The translations under genes and the position numbers were made by a program. The notes under the pieces are model-generated. The model saw only the letters and a program-made list of their open reading frames with translations, did no database searches and was not told where the DNA came from. From an uncultured Chloroflexia bacterium (GTDB taxonomy: Bacteria; Chloroflexota; Limnocylindria; Limnocylindrales; CSP1-4), in contig CAVPPB010000001.1 of the NCBI GenBank assembly GCA_963707215.1, positions 480,001-544,000 on the forward strand: a DNA stretch of 64,000 bases, in the 5' to 3' direction. Below are positions 19,092 through 33,026 of this stretch, one piece after another (position 1 is the stretch's first letter; each line of letters begins with the position of its first letter).

Positions 19092-22088
19092 TCAGTTGAT
19101 GGCGACGACCGTCAGGCCAAGCAGCCCACTCGGGCCGCTGTGGGAGACCGCGCCAAGGTACTTCTGGGCCGGGTCGAGGCCCGTCCAGGAGACGTCGATG
19201 GCGCCGGTCTCGGCCGTCACGGCCGAGGTCGGCGCGGTGACCGTCATGTTGCCGGCATCGTCGACGAGGCCGATCTGCCAGCTGAAGAGGGTGAAGTCCG
19301 AGTCCGGCCCATCGGTCTGCCAGCCATGGACCCACACCGTGTAGGTGTCGGCGGCCGGCAGGACGAGGTTGACCTCCTCGGTCGACGTCCCGGACCCGCT
19401 CGCGCCGACCAGGGTCGAGCCCCGGTAGACGTAGAGGTCCAGGTCGTCGTTGCCGTCGGTGAAGTCGTCGAACAGGGCGAACCGCGCGTACGCGGTGCCC
19501 GCCGGGATCGCGACGTCGTACGAGATGGTGCCCGGGCCACCTGGCTCGAAGCTGTCACCCGGGTCGTCCGGGACATTGCCCTCGAACGTCGAGGCCGGGT
19601 TCAGGCCGTGGGTGCCGGCGGTGTAGGCGCCGTCGAATCCGAAGGTGACATCGAAGCTGAGCGAGCCCTCGGCGCCGGTCCCACCGACCTCGGCCGGAGC
19701 CGCGATGGCGACCGGCCGAACGACCATCGGGATGCGGACCGCGTGCGGCCCATGGGTCCAAGTGAGCTGGCCGCCCACGTAGGCGTCGAGCGCGGCGGTC
19801 GTGCGGGTGAAGGTGACGGTGAAGTCGCCCGACTCACCCGGGCCGAGCGTCAGGGTGCTGGGAGCCACGGCAACGGTGATCCCGGACATGCCGGTCACGC
19901 TGGCCGTGTAGGTGTGCGTGCCACCGCTGACGTTGGTGACCGTCCGGGTCACCGTCTGGAGGCCCGCCAGGTCACCGATCGCGATCGAGGCGACGTTCAT
20001 GTCGCTCGGGTCGGTCGAGTAGCCCAGGCCCTCGAGGGCAGCACAGGTGCCGGCTCCGACGAGGCTCGAGGTCCCGCAGAGGAAGGCGAGCCACCCATTC
20101 CAGCCGGCATCGAAGACCAGGCCCGGATCGGCCGCCGCGTTCGGGGCCACGTGGCCGGCGCCCTGGCGGAAGATCAGGACCGGGTTCGTGTTCGGGGCGG
20201 GCGAGCCGCCGTCGAGCACATCGGTGCCAGTGGTCATGAGAGCCGACTTGATCGCCATCGGCGACCAGTCCGGATGGAGGTCCTTGAAGAGCGCGGCGAG
20301 GCCGGCCACGTGCGGGCTCGACATCGACGTGCCGCTATAGAGGTCGAAGAGGCGGTCGGCGTTTCCGGGAGGGGCCACGCCGGCGAGGACGTCCACGCCG
20401 GGAGCGCTGACGTCGGGCTTGAGGAGGTCGCCGCCGGCCGCACGGAGCGGGCCTCGGGACGAGAAGCTCGCCGTGATCGGGGCGACAGCGTCATAGACGA
20501 TCGTCGCCTCGTTGATCGTGGCGGTCGCGCCGGAGGTCGCTGCGTACGCCTTGACGGCCGCGCGATCCGTATGCGACAGGTGGACGGTCGGCACGAAGTG
20601 GAAGTCCGCGTTCAGCGAGCTCGCGCTCGTGTTGACCAGCACCATCCCGACGCCACCGGCCTCGGCGACGGCGAGGCTCTTGTCGACCCGGGCGATGACG
20701 CCGCGGTCGCAGAGGACGATCTTGTCGGTGACGACCGCCGGGTCGAGCGTGCCCGGATAGCAGAGGGCGACCTCGGCGGGATCGGCTCCCGCCATGCCGG
20801 CGGTCGTCGAATCGATGAAGGGGGCCGGGCCGACCGCCGTCGCGACCGACGCGCCGGCGTAGGTGGAGCCGTTCCCGAGGGTCACCGAGCCGTTGCCGTT
20901 GCGGTTGTGGCTCGCCGCGGCGACGGTCGTGATCCAGGGGCTCGGATGGGCGACGGTGCTCGAGGCCGGGCCGGCGTTGCCGGCAGACGCGGCGACGAAC
21001 ACGCCGGCCCGAGCGGCGAAGAGGAACGCGATCTCCACCGGGTCGGCGAAGTTGGTCGACGTACCGCTGATCGAGAAGTTGATCACGTCGACGCCGTCGG
21101 CGACGGCCTGGTCGATGGCAGCGATGCTGTCCGAGTTGAAGCAACCGCCCTCGTCGCCGGTCCCCCAGCAGACCTTGTAGGCGGCGACCCGGGCGCGTGG
21201 GGCCATGCCACTGATCGTGCCGAAGACCTCGGCGGGCCCGGTGGCCGCAACGCCGTAGTTGCCGGCCGCGGTGGTCGCAGTGTGCGTCCCGTGGCCGTCG
21301 AAGTCTCGCGGCGAGTTGTACTCGTAGGGGAACTGCTGGTCGATGCCGACGTTGCCGCCCCACCCCGAGTTGTAGTACTGCGCGCCGATGAGCTTCTGGT
21401 TGCACAGCGAGGCGTTGAACTCCTCGCCGGGGACGCACTTCCCGTGCCAGCCGGGGAGTTGCTGGAAGACGAGCTTGCCGTTGGCATCCCGGTCGGAGAC
21501 GCTCGGGTGCTCCGGCCAGATGCCGCTGTCGACGATGCCGACGACGACACCTTCGCCTGGGCCGTCGGTCTTCTTGCCGCCGGCGCCGACGCCACCGAGC
21601 TGCTCCCATAGGCCGCCGGAGGCGGTCAGGCCGAGGAAGTCGGGGGTCGACGACGTGTCGAGGCTCTTCTTCTCGTCCGGCGTCACGGCGACGACGCCGT
21701 CCGTCACGGCGAGCTTGCTCGCCTGGGCAGCCGTGAGGCGGGCGGCGAAGCCGTTGAAGGCGAAGACATAACCATAGAGCTTCGTCCCGCCGGACTTGGC
21801 GATCGCCGCGTCGTGCTTGCCGTTCAGGTAGCCGGCGTAGCGCGTCACATCCGTGCTGTTCGGGTCGATCTTCTTGCCCTGGCCGGGCGCGGTGGCCTTG
21901 AGACCCTTGACGCCGCCCTCGTAGGCGACGACCGGCGCGTCGATCATCTGGACGATGAAGACGCCGCCCTTCTCGAACTTGGCTTCCTTGGCTCCATCGA
22001 GCTTCGGCGAGGCCGCGAGCACCTGGCTCGGCAGCAGCATCGCGAGCAGCGCGACGGAGGCGAACAGGGCGACCAGCGACCTGCGCAT
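19092..22088 (-). CDS. secreted S8 subtilase (I9 propeptide, PA domain, Fn3-like and PPC-like C-terminal domains)
   Basis: Signal peptide MRRSLVALFA..VLA; catalytic VGIVDSG, DGHGTHT, GTSMSSP; KIVLCDRG (PA domain); DLDLYV. Start may be slightly upstream (22094 or 22103). Confidence 0.92.
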   Translation of the reverse strand: MRRSLVALFASVALLAMLLPSQVLAASPKLDGAKEAKFEKGGVFIVQMIDAPVVAYEGGVKGLKATAPGQGKKIDPNSTDVTRYAGYLNGKHDAAIAKSGGTKLYGYVFAFNGFAARLTAAQASKLAVTDGVVAVTPDEKKSLDTSSTPDFLGLTASGGLWEQLGGVGAGGKKTDGPGEGVVVGIVDSGIWPEHPSVSDRDANGKLVFQQLPGWHGKCVPGEEFNASLCNQKLIGAQYYNSGWGGNVGIDQQFPYEYNSPRDFDGHGTHTATTAAGNYGVAATGPAEVFGTISGMAPRARVAAYKVCWGTGDEGGCFNSDSIAAIDQAVADGVDVINFSISGTSTNFADPVEIAFLFAARAGVFVAASAGNAGPASSTVAHPSPWITTVAAASHNRNGNGSVTLGNGSTYAGASVATAVGPAPFIDSTTAGMAGADPAEVALCYPGTLDPAVVTDKIVLCDRGVIARVDKSLAVAEAGGVGMVLVNTSASSLNADFHFVPTVHLSHTDRAAVKAYAATSGATATINEATIVYDAVAPITASFSSRGPLRAAGGDLLKPDVSAPGVDVLAGVAPPGNADRLFDLYSGTSMSSPHVAGLAALFKDLHPDWSPMAIKSALMTTGTDVLDGGSPAPNTNPVLIFRQGAGHVAPNAAADPGLVFDAGWNGWLAFLCGTSSLVGAGTCAALEGLGYSTDPSDMNVASIAIGDLAGLQTVTRTVTNVSGGTHTYTASVTGMSGITVAVAPSTLTLGPGESGDFTVTFTRTTAALDAYVGGQLTWTHGPHAVRIPMVVRPVAIAAPAEVGGTGAEGSLSFDVTFGFDGAYTAGTHGLNPASTFEGNVPDDPGDSFEPGGPGTISYDVAIPAGTAYARFALFDDFTDGNDDLDLYVYRGSTLVGASGSGTSTEEVNLVLPAADTYTVWVHGWQTDGPDSDFTLFSWQIGLVDDAGNMTVTAPTSAVTAETGAIDVSWTGLDPAQKYLGAVSHSGPSGLLGLTVVAIN

Positions 22089-22319
22089 CGTCAATGCACC
22101 CACTCCCTACCCGTGGCTGGGTGCCGGCCCACTCCCACGGACCGGCACGACGACAAGCACCCGGGATCCGGGCCGGGTGCGATGCGGAGCAGTCTAGTAC
22201 CGCCGAGGGACCTCGGTGGTTCGAACGGATCGTCAGACGGGCCACGACCCAACGAGGTGGTGCATCGCGGCACCGGACCGTCGTCGCGCTCGGCCGAGCA
22301 GCGGTCGACCGCCCGGGGG

Positions 22320-23279
22320 TCAGTCGTCGACCGGGATCCCTGGCGACCCCGGCGTCGACGAAGCCGAGGGGAGATCCGAGCGGGGCGGCGTCTCCGGCCG
22401 CCGCAGCGTCGCCGCGGCCGACTCGTCCGGCCACGCCACGGTCGGACCGGGCGCGGCATCCTCCGAGGTCATCGGTCGTCGCCCGACCGCAAGCCAGGCG
22501 ACCGCGACGACCCCGATGAGCACGAGCGAGATGACCTGGTCGGCGTTGAACGGGCCGAGGACGCCCTGGTCGCGCCAGGTGACGGCGACGGCGGTCCGAC
22601 CGACCAGCCAGATGCCAACGCCCGCCAGGAACAACCGGCCGTCGCGGCGCTCGAAGGCACCGGCGGCGAGCAGTCCGACGAGCACGATGCTCGCGAGGAT
22701 GGCGACGCTCGACTCGAGGAGCTGCGACGGGACCGACGGGATGGCGGGGCCCAGCGACCCCCACGGCCCGGCGCCCAGGTAGGAGGTCGTCGGCAGGTCG
22801 GTCGACGGGGAGCCCTGGCCCGAGCCGCCCCAGGCCATGGCCGCCTTGCCTCCCTCGATCGCCAGCAGGAGCGGCAGTGCGGCGACGTGCATCCAGCCGC
22901 GGACCGACGCGCCGACGAGCGCGGCGACATAGCCGCCGGTCAGCGCCCCACCCAGGACCGCGAGGCTCAGCTGCAGGCCGCCCTGCGCAGGATCGAGGAT
23001 CGCCTCCGGTCGAGCCTGGTAGAAGTCGAGGTGGAGCAGGACGTACCCGAGGCGCCCGCCGACGACGGCTCCAGGCACCGAGCCAAGCGCGATGTAGAGG
23101 AGGTCGTCGGCGCGGTAGCGCTCCGGTCGCTGGCCGCGACCCGGGCCGCCGCGACGACCCAGGACGGCTGCGAGGCCAAGAGCGAGCAGGATGCTGCCGG
23201 CGATCCCGATCGCCTCCCAGCGGATCGCCAGATCGCCCAGCCGGAGGAGCGGATCGAACTCGAAGACGAAGACCGGCAC
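22320..23279 (-). CDS. Lgt-family membrane protein, divergent paralog
   Basis: FDP..LG..IRW, GAVVGGRLGYVL, GGL, PSQLLE, N.DQVIS match the Lgt layout, but several catalytic motifs are changed. Confidence 0.72.
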   Translation of the reverse strand: MPVFVFEFDPLLRLGDLAIRWEAIGIAGSILLALGLAAVLGRRGGPGRGQRPERYRADDLLYIALGSVPGAVVGGRLGYVLLHLDFYQARPEAILDPAQGGLQLSLAVLGGALTGGYVAALVGASVRGWMHVAALPLLLAIEGGKAAMAWGGSGQGSPSTDLPTTSYLGAGPWGSLGPAIPSVPSQLLESSVAILASIVLVGLLAAGAFERRDGRLFLAGVGIWLVGRTAVAVTWRDQGVLGPFNADQVISLVLIGVVAVAWLAVGRRPMTSEDAAPGPTVAWPDESAAATLRRPETPPRSDLPSASSTPGSPGIPVDD

Positions 23280-23311
23280 GGTCAGCCGAGTGTAGCCGGG
23301 CCGGCCACGCC

Positions 23312-23339
23312 GACGCCCCGGCCGTCCGGCCGGGGCGTC
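23312..23339 (-). terminator. hairpin between the S1 protease and the Lgt-like gene
   Basis: GACGCCCCGGCCG / CGGCCGGGGCGTC perfect inverted repeat about 24 nt after the protease stop; no U-tract. Confidence 0.45.
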
Positions 23340-23362
23340 AAGCGACGGCTCAGGGGATCAGG

Positions 23363-24184
23363 TCAGTCGAGGAACGAGCTGACCCAGTCGAGGCTCCAGG
23401 AGCGGTCCATGCGGAAGACCCCGCCCGTCCCGGCGCAGTTGCCGTTGATGCCGAACGAGGTGACGCCACCGACGACCAGGGAGTCGCCGACGAAGTTCGG
23501 CCCGCCCGAGTCGCCGAAGCAGGTCCCGCCGCTGTTGGCGTTGTTCGACAGCAGGAGCGAGTAGTCACCGGTGAAGCCCGGGACGTTGATCTGGTTGAGC
23601 TTGGGGTGGGCCACCATGCGGACACGATCGGCGACCGTCTTCCATCCAGCGGCATCCGGGAAGCTCTGCTGGAGTCCGTAGCCGACCGCCGTGAACGTGG
23701 TGTCCTGCTTGCCGCGCTTCGTCTTGAGGGCGTCGAGCTGGTCCAGCGCCGGGAGCTCGCCGTACATGGGCATGGCCACGGGCTCGTCGAGGACGACGAC
23801 GCCGAGGTCGCGGTAGAAGAACGCGCCTGGCAGGTAGTCCGGGTGCGTGTACGGGGTGCCGCCGACGTCGCCCGTGAACGGGTAGCCGTTGTCCGGGCGT
23901 CCGGCGTCGACATCCGCATCGAACCAGATCTCGACGTGGGCGGCCGGCGCCTCGGTGCAGTGACCCGCGGTGAGGTACACCGTCGGCGAGATCAGGGTCC
24001 CGCTGCAGCGCCACATCGGCGCACCGCTTTCGTCCTGGGCGACCATCAGGCCGACGAACGGATGGGCGTTCCCGTCCAGCTCGCCATTGCGGATGGCGGC
24101 GGCTGGAGCCGCGAGGGCGACCGTGAGGGCCACCGTCGTCGCCGTCGCGGCGGCGAGGATTCGGAGCTTCCGCGAAAGGCTCAT
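23363..24184 (-). CDS. secreted trypsin-like (S1) serine protease
   Basis: Signal peptide ending APAAA-IRNG; CSGTLISP..LTAGHC, DLGVV, GTCFGDSGGP. Confidence 0.9.
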   Translation of the reverse strand: MSLSRKLRILAAATATTVALTVALAAPAAAIRNGELDGNAHPFVGLMVAQDESGAPMWRCSGTLISPTVYLTAGHCTEAPAAHVEIWFDADVDAGRPDNGYPFTGDVGGTPYTHPDYLPGAFFYRDLGVVVLDEPVAMPMYGELPALDQLDALKTKRGKQDTTFTAVGYGLQQSFPDAAGWKTVADRVRMVAHPKLNQINVPGFTGDYSLLLSNNANSGGTCFGDSGGPNFVGDSLVVGGVTSFGINGNCAGTGGVFRMDRSWSLDWVSSFLD

Positions 24185-24467
24185 GGGCCAGGTCCTCCAC
24201 TCCGGCTGCGCATCGATCTCGACCCGCCCGCCCGGGACCCGCCGGACGGCCGACGGGCGGGTGCGGCAGCGCGGCTGCCGTGGGGTCCCGACGATAGTAC
24301 CCGCGGTGGTGGCAGGGTAGGACGAATGGCCTATCGCGACCGCCGCCGTGGTGCGCCCGGGCACCGCCCCGTTCCACCCGGACGACCCCGGTCCGTCGCG
24401 GAGCGCCCCGGACCGCTCCGCGGCGGGAGGCCACCTCCGGGGGGGCCGCGTGCGCGGGCCGAGGCGC

Positions 24468-28495
<4,028 letters not shown>

Positions 28496-28796
28496 GGGGG
28501 TCACCTCGGTCGGTCGGGCAGGCTCGGCGCCCGCCGGGGGCTCCGGCATTCTGGTGACCGGCCGCGCGTGACGGCCGGGACGCCCGCAGGGGACGGCAAC
28601 GACCGAGAGTCGGCTTACGCAGTCCACAACAGCATACCGAGCCCTCCCGAGCCGGTCCAGCCGGCCCGGAACGCGGGTCGAGCGGCTCTCGGCGATCGTC
28701 CCTACGGCATCAGCCCGATGCTCGGCGGTCGGCTCAGGACCACTGTGTCAGGTGATGGTGTCCGACGGTCGGGCACCGGGCCGATGGGAGCATGAG

Positions 28797-29012
28797 ATGT
28801 ACGGCACACGGATCCTCGATCGGATCGCCAGGGACCACCAGGCCGAGGAGCGACGGTCCGCCGCCGAGTCGAGGCGGGCCGCCGGGGCTCGAGGCTGGCC
28901 GGCGAGCGCGGGCGCCGAAGCCGTCACCGGGACGGCCCGGGTGCCCAGGCCCGCGGGCTGGTGGGTCCGCCCGGGCCTGCTCCGGCGACTCCTCGGCGCG
29001 CACGGCGCATAG
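28797..29012 (+). CDS. small hypothetical protein (71 aa)
   Basis: GGGAG SD then ATG; helical charged N-terminus (IARDHQAEERRSAAESRR); fills the gap between pckA and the PLP lyase. Confidence 0.5.
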   Translation: MYGTRILDRIARDHQAEERRSAAESRRAAGARGWPASAGAEAVTGTARVPRPAGWWVRPGLLRRLLGAHGA

Positions 29013-29036
29013 CGCGCTGCCGAGAGGATCGCGACC

Positions 29037-30296
29037 TCAAGCCTGGTCGAGCGACCGGGCCAGGTCGCCGATCAGGTCGGTCGCCGACTCGATCCCGACC
29101 GACAGGCGGATGAGGGCCGGATCGACCTCCAGCTGGGTCCCGGCGACCGACCCGTGGGTCATGGCGGCCGGGACCTCGATGAGCGACTCGACCCCGCCCA
29201 GGGACTCGGCGAGGGTCCAGAGCCGGGTCGACTCGGCGACGGCGACCGCCCGCTCCGATCCCGAGCGCCCGTGACGACCGCCCGCCGCCGGCACGAAGGA
29301 GACCATCCCGCCGAACGCCGACGGGCCATCGGGACCGCCGAGGCGCATCTGGTGGGCCGCCACGCCGTGGCCCGGGTGCGCGTCCCGACCGCTCGCCAGC
29401 CCCGGGTAGTGGACCGCCGCGACGTCCGACCGGGCGGCCAGGAACCCGGCGATCGCCGCGGCATTCGCCGAGTGCCGCTCCGCTCGGAGAGCCAGCGTCC
29501 GCAGGCCCCGCAGGACCAGGAAGCAGTCGAACGGCCCGGGCACCGCGCCCATGGCGTTCTGGAGGAAGCGGAGCCGCTCGGCCAGCTCGTCGTCGTCGGT
29601 GACCGCGATCCCGCCGATCGTGTCCGAGTGGCCGGCCAGGTACTTGGTGGACGAGTGGAAGACGACGTCCGCCCCGGATGCCAGCGGCCGCTGGAGCGCC
29701 GGCGAGGCGAAGGTGCTGTCGACCACGACGAGGGGTCGCGATCCGCGAGCCCCCGTGAGGCCCTCGACGGCACGGGCGACTGCGGCGATGTCCACGACCT
29801 TGAGGTGCGGGTTGGAGGGCGTCTCGAACCAGACGAGGCGGGTCGCCGGGCCTGACGCGACGCCGAGCGCCAACGCCGGATCGTTCGCCAGGTCCACGAA
29901 CCGGGTCGCGACCCCGCGGGGTCCGGCGACCCGGACCAGGTATCGGAAGGTGCCCCCGTAGACGTCATCGCCGACAACGACCTCCTCGCCCGGGCCGACC
30001 AGCTCGGCGATGGCAGCGGTGGCCGCCGACCCGGAGGCGAAGGCGATGCCGTGGCGGCCACCCTCCAGCGCCGCCACCGCCCGCTCCAGGCGCTCCCGCG
30101 TCGGGTTCTGGCTCCGGGCATACTCGTAGCCGCGGGTGGGCCGGCCGACCGCCTCCTGGCGGTAGGTCGAGGTCTGGTAGATCGGCGGGGCGACCGCTCC
30201 GGTCAGCTCGTCGGGCTCCTGGCCGGCATGGACGGTCAGGGACTCGAAGGCGAGCCTGTGCTCGTCGTCGGTCGGCTCGGTTCGTTCGTTCGCCAC
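29037..30296 (-). CDS. metB: cystathionine gamma-lyase/synthase (Cys/Met metabolism PLP enzyme)
   Basis: PPIYQTSTY, YARSQNPTR, FASG, ETPSNP, HSSTKYLAGHSD (PLP Lys), LAESLGGVESL, RLSVGIE; GGAGG SD. The metB versus cgl/mccB assignment is uncertain. Confidence 0.85.
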   Translation of the reverse strand: MANERTEPTDDEHRLAFESLTVHAGQEPDELTGAVAPPIYQTSTYRQEAVGRPTRGYEYARSQNPTRERLERAVAALEGGRHGIAFASGSAATAAIAELVGPGEEVVVGDDVYGGTFRYLVRVAGPRGVATRFVDLANDPALALGVASGPATRLVWFETPSNPHLKVVDIAAVARAVEGLTGARGSRPLVVVDSTFASPALQRPLASGADVVFHSSTKYLAGHSDTIGGIAVTDDDELAERLRFLQNAMGAVPGPFDCFLVLRGLRTLALRAERHSANAAAIAGFLAARSDVAAVHYPGLASGRDAHPGHGVAAHQMRLGGPDGPSAFGGMVSFVPAAGGRHGRSGSERAVAVAESTRLWTLAESLGGVESLIEVPAAMTHGSVAGTQLEVDPALIRLSVGIESATDLIGDLARSLDQA

Positions 30297-30339
30297 GTCG
30301 CCTCCCGGGGGCCGACCCCCCTGATGAGCGGAGGGCAGG

Positions 30340-32409
30340 GTGCCATTCTCGCAGCCGGATGCCAGCGGGGTCGTCTGGGAGGGCCGGGACGAGCTCGTCC
30401 GGGTCGAGGCCTGGGGCGATCACGGCTTGCGGATCCGGTCGGCGCCGGGCGACCGCCTGCCCGTGCCGCTCGGCGAGGACGGGGCGCTGCTCGAGGTCGG
30501 CGGACGGCCCGCGATCATCGAGATCCGGGCCGAGGTGGCGGTCGTCCGCAACGGGGACCTGGCTGCCGAGCTCTCGGCGGACGGCCGGCTCCGGTTCCTC
30601 CGATCCACCGACGGCCGCGAGCTCCTCGCCGAGGAGGCCCGCCACTTCGTCGGCCCGCTGGCCCGCCACTACTTCCAGCGTCCCGACGGACTACCTGCGG
30701 GTCGAGGCGAGCTTCCGCGCGTATGACGGCGAGCGCCTCTACGGGCTGGGCCAGCACCAGCACGGGCGGCTCGACCAGAAGGGCTGCGTCATCGACCTGG
30801 TCCAGCGGAACACCCAGGTCGCGATCCCCTACCTCCTCTCGTCGCGCGGCTACGGGTTCCTCTGGCACAGCCCGTCCGTCGGGCGGGTGGAGCTGGGCGC
30901 GAACGGCACCCGCTGGGTCGCCGAGGCGACTCCCGGTCTCGACTACTGGGTCGTCGCCGGCGACGAGCCGGCCGTCACCCTCGAGCGCTCCACTGCCGCG
31001 ACCGGCCGCCCGCCGATGCTCCCTGAGCGGGCGGTCGGCTTCTGGCAGTCGAAGCTCCGCTACCGATCGCAGGAGGAGGTCCTCGCCGTCGCCCGCGAGC
31101 ACCGGCGACGTGGACTCCCGCTGAACGTGATCGTCATCGACGCGGGGCACTGGCCGGTCATGGGCGACTGGCGGTTCGACCCGGAGCGCTGGCCGGATCC
31201 GTCGGCGATGGTCCGCGAGCTCGACGAGCTCGGCGTCGAGGTCATCGTCTCCGTCTGGCCGACGGTCAACGACCTCGAGCGAGAACCTGGCCGCCATGCG
31301 CGACCACGGCCTGCTGGCCCGGACGATCCGCGGCGATCCCCACCCCACCTGGCTCTTCGACAACCGGCCGGACGGACCGGTCCCGCTCCACCTCTACGAC
31401 GCGACGGACCCGGAGGCGCGACGCTTCCTCGGCGCGCGGCTCCGCGACGGCTACCTCCGGCACGGGATCCGCTGGTTCTGGCTCGATGCCGACGAGCCGG
31501 AGCTGAAGCCGCTGGAGGCCGATCGCATCGCCTATCGGGCCGGCCCGGGAGAGGCCATCCACAATGCCTACCCCCACCTCCATGCCCGGGCGGTCCACGA
31601 GGCGATGAGCGAGGCGGGCGTCGACGGACGCCATCACCCTGAGCCGGTCGGCCTGGGCCGGCAGCGCTCGCCACGGAGTGGCGGTCTGGTCGGGCGACAT
31701 CGATTCGACCTGGGACGCGCTCCGGGCCCAGGTCCCGGCCGGCCTCAACGCGGGCATCAGCGGCATCGCCCTGGTGGACCTCGGACATCGGCGGGTTCAA
31801 GGGCGGCGATCCGGATGACCCGGCGTTCCGCGAGCTGCTCATCCGCTGGTTCCAGTTCGGCGCCTTCTGCCCACTCTTCCGGCTCCATGGCCTTCGCCGC
31901 ACCGACGGCGTCCGGTTCGACGACCTAGCCGAGCTGGCCGAGGAGCCCGGCACCGTCACGGCCATCGGCTGCCCCGGGCCCCCCCTTCAACCTGGCCGAG
32001 TTCACCGGCGGCCCCAACGAGGTCTGGTCGTTCGGCGATGCGGCCCTCCGGATCCTGGCGCGTATCTCCACCTGCGCGAGCGGCTCAGCCGTACCTCCTC
32101 CTGCAGATGCAGACCGCCAGCGAACGGGGCCTGCCGCCGATGCGACCACTCTTCCTCGAGTTCCCGGGCGACCCGGCCGCCTGGGAGATCGCCGACAGCT
32201 TCCTCCTTGGCCCCGACCTGCTCGTGGCCCCGGTCCTGGAGCCTGATGCCCGGGAGCGAGCGGTCTACCTCCCGAGCGGCGCCCGGTGGCGCGACGCCTG
32301 GACCGACGGTGAGCTGGAGGCCGGCCGCCACCACGTCGTCGCCGCGCCCCTCGATCGGATCCCGCTCTTCCTCCGCGACGATGCCGACCTGCCGATCGCC
32401 GACGACTGA
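30340..32409 (+). CDS. glycoside hydrolase family 31 (alpha-xylosidase-like), multiple frameshifts
   Basis: EAWG..LR.R, LYGLGQH, GFWQSKLRY, VIVID, WLDADEPE (nucleophile), WSGDI, WTSDIGGF, RWFQFG..P.FRLHG, PMRPL, LGPDLLVAPV spread over at least five frame changes. Confidence 0.82.
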
Positions 32410-32430
32410 CCGAGGCGCAGGCCGGCCGCG

Positions 32431-33026
32431 TCAGCCCGGGCGATCGCAGAGCGTAGCGCCGGTACGGATGGCCGTCGCCGCCGACGTACTCCCCGTCGAG
32501 CCGGAAGCCGGCCTTCTCGAGGACCCGGATCGAGGCGACGTTGGGAGCATCCACGACCGCAGCCACCCGCTCCAGGCCCAGGCGCTCGAACGCATCGGCG
32601 AGCAGGCCCGTCGACCGCCTCGGTCGCCAGCCCACGGCCGTGGAAGGCACTGGCCAGCATGTAGCCGAGCTCGGGCTCCGGCCCGAGGTCGCTCGTCGGG
32701 CGGCAGGATGCCGGCCACGCCGACGAACGCCCCGACCGCGCCCGATGCCGGGATCGGCGAGCCTCCAGGACCCAGATCGGCAGGCCGGCCTCCAGGGCGC
32801 TCCCGAACCACTCGCCGAACTCGCGCCTCGCCCATCTCGCGGCGGGCCGCGTCCGGTCAGCGAGGGGTCCGCGATCGCGTGCCAGAAGCGGATCACCTGC
32901 GGGTCGAGGACGAGTCGCGTCGACCACCTCGTCCAGGTCGGCCGGCGTGTACGGTCGGAGGCGCGAGCCGGTCGGAGTCCGCAGCGCCAGGCCCCCGGCG
33001 CCGTTCGAGGCACGACCGTCAGCCAC
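32431..33026 (-). CDS. GNAT N-acetyltransferase (RimJ/RimL-like), frameshifted
   Basis: LRPYTPAD, PELGYML..HGRGLATEA, LERVAAVV..N.ASIRVLEKAGF in different frames; start overlaps the CBS stop. 3' end approximate. Confidence 0.7.

Noticed and set aside
22200-22240. GGTTCGAA tRNA T-loop-like sequence
   Set aside because: No cloverleaf, acceptor stem or anticodon arm around it.
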